Below are positions 1 through 9,347 of a stretch of 14,621 nucleotides of DNA, piece after piece. Position 1 is the first letter of the stretch, and each line of letters opens with the position of its first letter. The stretch is from assembly GCA_031370645.1 (NCBI GenBank), contig JANMQV010000008.1:1-14621 (forward strand), read 5' to 3'. The position numbers and the translations under genes were made by a program. The notes under the pieces were generated by a model. That model worked only from the letters and a program-made list of their open reading frames with translations, had not been told where the DNA came from and did not search any database. Source of the DNA: Candidatus Eiseniibacteriota bacterium. Lineage in GTDB: Bacteria; Eisenbacteria; RBG-16-71-46; SZUA-252.

Positions 1-1754
1 AAGGGAAGCACGCCGACGTTTTCGGCCACCCAGCGGATCGTCTTCGTCTCTCCCGGGTCGACCTGCATGTTCTTGTTCGAGAACGTGATGGCGAAGCCGT
101 GCGTAATGTCCTGATCCTGTTCCAGGTTCGTCACGTGGAAGTAGACCGTGTCGCCCTGTGCCACGCGGACAATGTCGGGCGTGAAGTGCGTGCGAATCGT
201 CAGCATGTAGACGTCGACCCGTTTCCCCTTCCGCTCCACGCGCGCTTCTTCGGCGGTCATGATCTTCCACGGATTCTTGTTTTCGGCCAGGGCGTAGATC
301 TTCAACGGCTTCAGCTTCTCAGCCCGGATCATCTGTGCGTAATGCGGCTCCGGATAGGTCGGGAAGTCGTAGAGGAGCTCCATCTTCGGGCCCTTCAGAT
401 CGATGAGCTGCGTCGCCTCCGGATGCGACGGCCCCACCGGCAGGTAGCGGTCCTTGGCGAGCTTGTTGAGCGAAACGAGATACTCGCCCGTCGGATGGCG
501 CGTGTCGCCCTCGGACGTCATGAGATGGCCCACCGAGTAGTAGACGTCGATCTTGTCGGCCACGTTCCAGGGCGGGCCGACCTTCCACTTGGCGATCTGC
601 GAATCGAGGAAGAGGGAAGTGTAGGCGTAGCCCTTGTCGTCGAATTGGGTGTGGAGCGGGCCGAGTCCGACCGGCACCTTCGCCTCCAGCACGTCTTCAT
701 ACTTGAGAACCGGGATGCCGCCCTTCTCGCCGTCGAACTTACCGGCCGCGATCGCCGCGATCATCTTCTTGTACGAGAAGACGGAGACCTCGGCTTGGAG
801 CTTGCCGCTGGCGATGATGTACTCGCCGCTCGGATTCACGTCGACGCCGTGCGGGCTCTTGGGCGTCGGAATCAGATAGACGATACCCTTCACCTTGTTC
901 GGGTCGAGGACCGGGGCGCCGCCGATCATGCCGGCTTTCCCCTCGTCGACCGCCTTCTGTGCCGCACGCCAATCGACAGCCGCGACGAAGTCCATCTCGT
1001 TCTGGGACGCCTTGATCTCCAGCGAGTCGAATGCCATCTCGCTGTTGTAACAGGTAAAGAACTCCCAGCCGTGGCTCGGGCCCTTTCCGGCGTCGGCGAG
1101 ATCCCAGTCGAACGGGGGCGTCAGGATCTCGAAGCCGAGCGACATGTGGCCTTCGTTGCTCACCTTCACGCCGGCGATGATCCCATTGAAGTTCTTGGCG
1201 TACTCCTCGACCTTGCTGAACTTGCTGATCGGAACGGGGAGCGAGAAGCGGGAGGCCGCGAACACATACTCCGTGTTCGGGGTCGGGAAGGGGCAGGCGT
1301 GGGCGGCGGAGAGATTCGGAATCGGGCCGAAGATCTCCTCCGTTGTGAACGACTTGAGGCTGATCCGCGCGATGCGGGCGTGCGGCATGTCATTGATGAA
1401 GAGCCATCGGCCGTCGTAGTCGCCGTCGGTCTCGGACATCCCCGGGTGATGCGCGTCGCCCCAGGTGTAGCCACCCAGGAGCGCCTTGGTCTCCTCATCG
1501 TAGCCGTACCCCTTCGCCGGCTCCGGCGTGAAGACCGGAATCGTCGTGATATAGCGGCAGGAGGGGATGCCGTAGACGAAGACCTGCCCCGAATGCCCGC
1601 CCGAGAGGAAGGCGTAGTACTTGTCGTATTCGCCAGGCTTTACGTAGGTCTTCGCCGCGGCGTCGCCGCCCTTGGCACCGGCGCATCCGGAGAATTGCGA
1701 CGCCAGCCCGATCAGAAGGGCCGCCGCAGCCAGGTAGATCATCGCACGTTTCAT
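1..1754 (-). CDS. nosZ: Nitrous-oxide reductase, clade II (Sec/lipoprotein-type signal); 3'-truncated by the window edge (584 complete codons visible)
   Basis: Translated manually; absent from the ORF track because there is no stop inside the window. Starts MKRAMIYLAAAALLIGLASQFSGC-AGAKGGDAAAKTYVKPGEYDKYYAFLSGGHSGQVFVYGIPS. All seven CuZ His contexts are present: WGDAHHP (1446-1457), SAAHAC, KSPHGVDV, GLGPLHTQFD, YYSVGHL, PEPHYAQ. Also NKLAKDRYLPVGP and the start of the CuA cupredoxin domain (HFTPDIVRV..GDTVYFHVTNLEQDQDITHGF..PGETKT..VGVLP). No twin-arginine motif. RBS AGGAGG at 1765-1770. Confidence 0.97.
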   Translation of the reverse strand, partial: MKRAMIYLAAAALLIGLASQFSGCAGAKGGDAAAKTYVKPGEYDKYYAFLSGGHSGQVFVYGIPSCRYITTIPVFTPEPAKGYGYDEETKALLGGYTWGDAHHPGMSETDGDYDGRWLFINDMPHARIARISLKSFTTEEIFGPIPNLSAAHACPFPTPNTEYVFAASRFSLPVPISKFSKVEEYAKNFNGIIAGVKVSNEGHMSLGFEILTPPFDWDLADAGKGPSHGWEFFTCYNSEMAFDSLEIKASQNEMDFVAAVDWRAAQKAVDEGKAGMIGGAPVLDPNKVKGIVYLIPTPKSPHGVDVNPSGEYIIASGKLQAEVSVFSYKKMIAAIAAGKFDGEKGGIPVLKYEDVLEAKVPVGLGPLHTQFDDKGYAYTSLFLDSQIAKWKVGPPWNVADKIDVYYSVGHLMTSEGDTRHPTGEYLVSLNKLAKDRYLPVGPSHPEATQLIDLKGPKMELLYDFPTYPEPHYAQMIRAEKLKPLKIYALAENKNPWKIMTAEEARVERKGKRVDVYMLTIRTHFTPDIVRVAQGDTVYFHVTNLEQDQDITHGFAITFSNKNMQVDPGETKTIRWVAENVGVLP

Positions 1755-1781
1755 GGAATCGTCTCCTCCTCGAGACAGGGA

Positions 1782-2258
1782 CTACTTCGGGGCCGGAAGT
1801 TCACCCTTCGCTTCCGACTCTTCGTCGAGTTTCTTGAAATATTCGATGACCGACTTCGCTTCGTCCGGCACGAGTCCCTGATTCGCCATTTGCAGATTGT
1901 ATTCGGCGAAGAGACCGCGCGAGATCGGGTCTTCCTTGATCATCTTCTCGGGATGAAGGATCTGCGATTCCATCCACTGGGCCGTGCGGCGCCGCGTGAC
2001 GCCCCTCAGATCGGGCCCGGTCAGACGCTTGCCGTAGGCGTGGCACGCGGTGCACCCCTTCGTCTTGAAGAGCGCCTCGCCCTTCGTCGCGAGCGCGGCC
2101 GCCACGGGGGAATCGCCCGCGCGCGGGCCGGCGTCGAGCGGCGACGTCTCGGGGAGGGTGGTCGCGGACTGATCCTTGGCGCTTCCGCCGCCGCAACCGC
2201 CGAGCGGAAGGACGGTCGCGATCAGCAAGAGAAGTACCAGAGGAATGCGACGGGTCAT
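1782..2258 (-). CDS. Monoheme c-type cytochrome, predicted lipoprotein; probable electron donor to NosZ
   Basis: 158 aa. Signal peptide ending in lipobox LGGC (Cys22), single CxxCH (CTACH), GPDL motif, candidate distal Met (QMANQ). RBS AAGGAG upstream. Ends 27 bp before the nosZ start. A cytochrome c gene next to nosZ is common in clade II clusters. Confidence 0.92.
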   Translation of the reverse strand: MTRRIPLVLLLLIATVLPLGGCGGGSAKDQSATTLPETSPLDAGPRAGDSPVAAALATKGEALFKTKGCTACHAYGKRLTGPDLRGVTRRRTAQWMESQILHPEKMIKEDPISRGLFAEYNLQMANQGLVPDEAKSVIEYFKKLDEESEAKGELPAPK

Positions 2259-2821
2259 GAATCGTCTCCTTTCGGTCGTCTCGCCACGGGGCGAGTCGCG
2301 GGGTCGGTCTCCTGCCGCCGGGAGAGGCGGGCCGAAACGGCCGCGATCTCGCCGGGAGCCAGCAATTGCGGCGCCAGCCTGAAGACCAGGGATTCTTCTT
2401 TTCGAATGTGAAGCCGCAGGAGATCGGCCAGGTCGTGGACCTGAACTCCGATCTGCTCGCTCCGTTCGGCGGTCGCCGGCTCGCGAAGCGTCGTCGCCAA
2501 TCGCGCGAGCATCTGGCGAAGCTCCGCGTGTTCCGCGAAGAGCGGCTCGATGCTTCCGCTCGCGGCCGGGATCGCTCCCAGGAGCGCGGGGTAGAGAACC
2601 TCGTCCTCCGCCGCCATGTGAGAGTCGAACTGCCGACCCAGGAGCGCCACCAGCGCCGGCAGCGATGCTTCCGCGGCGGAAGGATCCTTCGTCCGCCGCG
2701 CCGGACGCGCGAGGGCAGCCTCCAGGGCGCCGATCTCCTCAAGCACGCGCTCGTGATCGCGGCGCAACTCGCGGAAGAGCGGCGGCTCTTTCGGTCCTTT
2801 CGATTTCGGTCGTGGTGTCAT
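2255..2821 (-). CDS. Hemerythrin/HHE cation-binding domain protein (188 aa; start reassigned from 3082 to ATG 2821)
   Basis: Four-helix di-iron ligand pattern H...HxxxE...H...HxxxE: RDHERV, SHMAAEDEVLYP, AEHAEL, LHIRKEESLVF. Stop overlaps the cytochrome c start (ATGA 2255-2258). The track's extension to 3082 crosses the regulatory region and overlaps the Crp/Fnr gene, so it is unlikely to be real. No signal peptide, so cytoplasmic. Confidence 0.85.
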   Translation of the reverse strand: MTPRPKSKGPKEPPLFRELRRDHERVLEEIGALEAALARPARRTKDPSAAEASLPALVALLGRQFDSHMAAEDEVLYPALLGAIPAASGSIEPLFAEHAELRQMLARLATTLREPATAERSEQIGVQVHDLADLLRLHIRKEESLVFRLAPQLLAPGEIAAVSARLSRRQETDPATRPVARRPKGDDS

Positions 2822-2829
2822 CGAGACAA

Positions 2830-2871
2830 AGTGTCGGTGATTCGGAGGCGCCGGTGCATGACCCGGCTCAC
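2830..2871 (-). promoter_or_regulatory. Putative class II Crp/Fnr-activated promoter for hemerythrin-cytC-nosZ: box ATGA-N6-TCAC (2858-2871) plus weak -10 GACACT (2835-2830)
   Basis: Plus strand ATGAcccggcTCAC at 2858-2871 matches the Crp/Fnr core TGA-N6-TCA. Its centre (2864.5) is 29.5 nt from the first base of minus-strand GACACT, which gives -41.5 for a TSS at about 2823, the canonical class II geometry. The -10 is a weak match and the TSS is inferred. Confidence 0.55.
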
Positions 2872-2930
2872 CCTCCACGCGGAAAGTTTCGGGGTACCGT
2901 GATCGGTCTATCTGTGCGAAGGTCATGAGG

Positions 2931-2959
2931 TTGGACTTGTGGTACGTCTTTCGTACCAT
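2931..2959 (+). promoter_or_regulatory. Putative sigma70-type promoter of the Crp/Fnr gene: TTGGAC-N17-TACCAT
   Basis: TTGGAC at 2931-2936, 17-nt spacer, TACCAT at 2954-2959. Implied TSS about 2966, upstream of GAGGA (2980-2984) and GTG 2995. Confidence 0.45.
2940..2958. promoter_or_regulatory. Perfect inverted repeat TGGTACG-N5-CGTACCA, candidate operator
   Basis: The 7-bp arms at 2940-2946 and 2952-2958 are exact reverse complements. It lies across the spacer and -10 of the putative regulator promoter. Confidence 0.45.
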
Positions 2960-2971
2960 GATCGCCGTCAT
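2958..2971. promoter_or_regulatory. Second Crp/Fnr-type box ATGA-N6-TCAT, candidate autoregulatory site
   Basis: ATGAtcgccgTCAT has symmetric 4-bp arms, lies exactly 100 bp from the first box, and covers the predicted TSS of the regulator gene. Confidence 0.55.
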
Positions 2972-2994
2972 ATCCCACCGAGGATGGAACCCGC

Positions 2995-3711
2995 GTGGCA
3001 TTGGAGACTCGAAGCGAGCGAACCCTGCAGGCGATTCGGACCATCCCCATGTTTCGAGGTCTCTCGGTTGACGATCAGTCACGGCTTGCGGCTCTGGCGA
3101 CGCTTCGCGATTACGCGCGCGGCGACTCGCTTTGGCGCGCGGGCGATCCTGCCGAGAATCTGACGGTCATCGTCCGCGGACGCGTAAAGCTCGTCGGGAG
3201 CTCGGGCGGAAGCGACGTCATTCTCGAGCTCTTCGGTCCCGGTGAGCCGGTCGGCGCCATCGCGGTCTACAATTACATCCCCTATCCTGCCAGCGCCGTC
3301 TGCATGGAGCCGACGACGCTTTTCGTGCTTCCGCGCCGCGACTACTTCGAATTGCTCGACCGCTATCCCGAATTCGCGCGGGCGATCATTCGGGATCTGA
3401 CGAAGCTCTTCCTCTCGCTCACGCGAAAGGTCGAGGAGATGCGGGGACAGCGCATCGAGGTGCGAGTCGCGCAGCTCTTCCTGAACCTGGCCGAGCGGAT
3501 GGGGAAGCCGGGGAAGAACGGTTCCATCGAAATTCCGATCGCGCTCTCGCGTCAGGAAGTCGCCGATCTCGTCGGCACGACCGTGGAGACGGCGATCCGC
3601 GTCCTCTCGAGGTGGGGAAGGGACGGCGTTCTCGTAACGGGAGACAAGCGCTTCGTTCTCCCATCGCGCGACCGGCTCGTGGAAATCGCCGAAGGGAAAG
3701 ACGCGCGATAG
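2995..3711 (+). CDS. Crp/Fnr-family transcriptional regulator, DNR/NnrR-like (no Fe-S Cys cluster)
   Basis: 238 aa. cNMP-like beta-barrel (IPMFRGL..GDSLWRAGDPAENLTVIVRGRVKL..ILELFGPGEPVG..YPASA) and HTH LSRQEVADLVGTTVETAIRVLSRW. Only one Cys, so it is not an O2-sensing FNR. The GTG start is uncertain by a few codons. Confidence 0.93.
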   Translation: MALETRSERTLQAIRTIPMFRGLSVDDQSRLAALATLRDYARGDSLWRAGDPAENLTVIVRGRVKLVGSSGGSDVILELFGPGEPVGAIAVYNYIPYPASAVCMEPTTLFVLPRRDYFELLDRYPEFARAIIRDLTKLFLSLTRKVEEMRGQRIEVRVAQLFLNLAERMGKPGKNGSIEIPIALSRQEVADLVGTTVETAIRVLSRWGRDGVLVTGDKRFVLPSRDRLVEIAEGKDAR

Positions 3712-3726
3712 CGGGGCGCGGGAAGT

Positions 3727-5741
3727 CTATCCGAGATCGAATTCGGGGTGCGGCTCTCCCAGGAGCCGCACCCCGTTCGCGATCACGAGGAGGGTGCTCC
3801 CCTCGTGCCCCACGACCGCGAGCCAGAGAGGGAGAACTCCAAGCAGCGTCGTGATGACGAGGAGCCCGATCATGCAGAAGGCGAGCGTGAGGCTCTGCGT
3901 CACGACGCGCCGCGCGCGCCGGGCGAGCCAGAGCGAAAAGGGGATTCCCTTTAGATCGTCCCGCATGAGGACCACGTCGGCCGTCTCGAGCGCCACGTCG
4001 GTGCCGGCGCCCCCCATGGCGATTCCCACCGAGGCGGCGGCGAGCGCGGGGGCATCGTTTACTCCGTCGCCGACCATGGCGAGGGTCGGCCACGCGGCCT
4101 TCAATTCCCGGATCGCCGACACCTTCTGCTCGGGGAAGAGCCCGGCGCGGACCTCGTCCACCCCGATCTCGGCTCCGATCACCCCCGCCACCGAGGCATG
4201 GTCGCCGGTGAGCATCACGATGTGGCCGATTCCGAGTTTCCGGCAAGCCGCGATCGCTTCGCGCGCGCGCGGCCGGACGACGTCGGCGACGCCGAGCAAT
4301 CCGGATCCGACTTCGTTTCCGGGGAGAATTCCGTCCGGCCCCGAGTGGGCGCCTTCGCTCGATGGGTCGCGCGCGCCGTTTCCCTGTCTGCGGACGACGA
4401 CCAGGAGCGCCGTCTTCCCCTCGGCGCGAAGAACGCCGGTCGCCGCGAGGAGAGGCGGGGAGAGCTCCACGCCGTGGCGCGCGAAGAGCGGCTCGCGGCC
4501 TACCCCGACCCAGTAGCCGTCCGTGTGCCCGTGGACTCCCTCGCCGCTGTGGCTTTCGAATTCGGCGACGTCCGAGGCCTTGAGCCCGCGCCGTTCCACC
4601 TCCTGGCGGACGGCGCGCGCGGTGTGATGCTCGCTTCGGGCTTCGATCGATGCCGCGAGCCGAAGCAATTCTTCTTCGCCGAGCGAGCCCTCGACGACAC
4701 GAATGTCGGTGAGGCGCGGCTTTCCCTCGGTCACCGTACCGGTCTTGTCCATCGCCAAGGCGCCGACCTCACCGAGCCGCTCGAGATGAATGCTCCCCTT
4801 GAAGAGAACACCGTGCCGCGCCGCGTGCGTGATGGCCGAGAGCATGGCGGCGGGGGAGGCGATCACGACCGCGCAGGGAGAGGCGGCGACGAGAAGCACG
4901 AGCCCGCGGTACCACGCCTGGTCCCACGCCGCGTGGAGGAGGAGGAGCGGGATGAGCGCCGCGAGTGCCGCGCCGGCGAAGACGGCGATGACGTAGGAAC
5001 GCTGCCAGCGCTCCACAAAACGCTCGGTTGTCGACTTCGCGCGTCCCGCCTCCTGCACCATCTGAACGATCTTCGAGATCGTCGTCTCGCTCGGCATCTT
5101 CTCGACGCGAACGAGCGGCGCGCCATGCACGTTCACCGTTCCGGCGAAGACGCGATCGCCGGGGCGCTTCGTCACGGGGGCCGATTCGCCGGTCAGCGTC
5201 GATTCGTCGGCAGCCGTTTCCCCCTCCTCGATCGTGCCGTCGACCGCGAAGCGCTCGCCCGGGAGCGTCCGCACGCGTTCGCCGATTCCGATCGATTCGA
5301 CCGGGAGGCGCACCTCGCTTCCGTCGCGCACGACGAGTGCGGTGTCGGGCCGAAGTTCGATGAGCGATTCGATGGAGCGCGCCGTACGCTCCATCGTGTA
5401 TCCCTCCAGGGTGCCGCTGAGGGAAAAGAGGAAGAGTAGGACCGCCCCTTCGCCCCAATGTCCAAGCACCGCCGAACCGGCGGCGGCCGCGATCATCAGG
5501 AGATTGATGTCGAGCTGCCCGCGGAGAATATGGGCGATGAGGTCGCGGGTCGGGCCCCAGCCCCCGGAGAGGAAGGAAACAGCGTAGAGGCCGATGCGCC
5601 AGGCGGGGTCCGCGCCCATTCTACCGACCGCCGCGCCGGCGAGCCCGGAGACGGCGCAGAGCGCCGTGAGACCCATCTGCCAATCCGCCGACGCGAGGAG
5701 CGAGAGTTTACGTGGCGGTTTGGCGTCGGCCGCGGCGGTCG

Positions 5742-5745
<4 letters not shown>
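3727..5745 (-). CDS. Heavy-metal-translocating P-type ATPase, subclass P1B-4 (Fe2+/Co2+/Zn2+ class); 672 aa, start reassigned to ATG 5745
   Basis: LTGES actuator motif, SPC (4873-4881), DKTGT (4735-4749), [23 protein letters not shown] (3793-3807) in the last TM helix, and no N-terminal CxxC metal-binding domain. The start overlaps the acnA stop (ATGA 5742-5745). The track's extension to 6582 is an out-of-frame overlap with acnA. Confidence 0.93.
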
Positions 5746-8492
<2,747 letters not shown>

Positions 8493-8613
8493 GGGTGGTC
8501 TCCGTCATCCGCGCCTGTCGACCGCGCGGGGGTAGTGAATGGCGAGTTTCGCGCGACGATCATACGGCATGCACGCGTTCCGTGAAACAGAGACCCGCCG
8601 CGCTTGATTTGGG

Positions 8614-8642
8614 CTGTCATAGGGTACGGCATCGCGTAGAGT
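8614..8642 (+). promoter_or_regulatory. Putative sigma70-type promoter CTGTCA-N17-TAGAGT, implying a near-leaderless mRNA for the TVP38 gene
   Basis: CTGTCA at 8614-8619 and TAGAGT at 8637-8642 (each 4/6 to consensus), 17-nt spacer. ATG 8652 is 9 nt after the -10, with no Shine-Dalgarno in between. Confidence 0.35.
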
Positions 8643-8651
8643 CCGCGCTGC

Positions 8652-9275
8652 ATGGAACCTCTCCCGCCGAACGACGCCCCCGCGCCCCCCGTCGTCCGAC
8701 GGGCGCCTCGACGGCTTCGATGGTGGCTTCTCGCCGTCGCGATTCTCATCCTCGCCGTCGTCACCGTGATCTTCGCACGATGGGCGGCGCCCATTTTCAC
8801 GCGTGAACACCTCGCGGCGTGGGTGAAGTCGGCGGGCGCATGGGGACCACTCGTTCTCCTGGGCATGCAGGCGATCCAGATCCTCGCGGCGCCGATTCCC
8901 GGCGTCTTCGTGCCGATTCTGGCCGGCATGTTCTACGGCCCGATTATGGGGCCGCTCCTCACGATGGGGGGCACCCTCCTGGGATCGGCGCTCGCCTACT
9001 GGATCGGGCGGCTGGCCGGACGGGTGGTCGCCGAGCGATGGATCGGGAAGCCGGCGCTCGACAAGGCGCACGACCTCATCCATGGGAAACGCTGGCTCGC
9101 GCTCGCACTCATCTTCCTCATTCCCTTCTCGCCGGCCGACGCGCTCTGTTTCGTCTCCGGTATCGTGGGAATGGGATGGGGACCCTTCACGTTGGCGGTG
9201 CTCGTGGGGAGGCTCCCCAAGGATGTTCTCATTGCCGCGGGCGCGGCGCTCGGCTGGAGCCGATTCGGAATGTAG
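8652..9275 (+). CDS. TVP38/TMEM64 (VTT / SNARE-associated, DedA superfamily) membrane protein
   Basis: 207 aa, hydrophobic. Motifs QILAAPIPG..ILAGMFYGP..G..LGSALAYWIGR and FLIPFSPADALCFVSG..GRLP are typical of the family's re-entrant helices. Confidence 0.88.
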   Translation: MEPLPPNDAPAPPVVRRAPRRLRWWLLAVAILILAVVTVIFARWAAPIFTREHLAAWVKSAGAWGPLVLLGMQAIQILAAPIPGVFVPILAGMFYGPIMGPLLTMGGTLLGSALAYWIGRLAGRVVAERWIGKPALDKAHDLIHGKRWLALALIFLIPFSPADALCFVSGIVGMGWGPFTLAVLVGRLPKDVLIAAGAALGWSRFGM

Positions 9276-9303
9276 CGGGGGAGCGGCCTGGTGCGGGAAA
9301 GGC

Positions 9304-9341
9304 GATGGCGCCGGTCGCGTGACTCCGCGGCCGGCGCCATC
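9304..9341. terminator. Strong GC-rich hairpin between convergent genes; candidate bidirectional terminator or mRNA 3'-end stabiliser
   Basis: GATGGCGCCGGTCGCG-TGACTC-CGCGGCCGGCGCCATC: 16-bp stem with one U-G pair on the + strand and a 6-nt loop. It lies between stops at 9275 (+) and 9348 (-). There is no long U tract on either side. Confidence 0.6.
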
Positions 9342-9347
9342 CAAACG

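Noticed and set aside
2244-2258. Twin-arginine (Tat) signal in cytochrome c (MTRRIPL) or M48 (MTRVRRTG)
   Set aside because: Neither fits S/T-R-R-x-F-L-K well, both end in lipobox-like Cys motifs, and c-type cytochromes are normally Sec substrates.
99-2411. 770-aa plus-strand ORF
   Set aside because: Antisense shadow of nosZ and cytochrome c with no recognisable motifs. Long stop-free opposite frames are expected in high-GC DNA.
2942-2956. NtcA-like box GTA-N8-TAC, or a canonical FNR box TTGAT-N4-ATCAA, in the regulatory gap
   Set aside because: The spacing is GTA-N9-TAC, and no TTGAT/ATCAA pair is present between 2822 and 2994.
2822-3082. N-terminal extension of the hemerythrin ORF as an extra domain
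   Set aside because: It crosses the promoter boxes, overlaps the Crp/Fnr gene on the other strand, and shows no domain-like sequence.
8493-8651. IRE-like (CAGUG-loop) stem-loop in the acnA leader, and a third Crp/Fnr box at 8604-8620
   Set aside because: No CAGTG on either strand in this gap. The TTGA...TCAT pair has a TGA-N9-TCA spacing, not N6.
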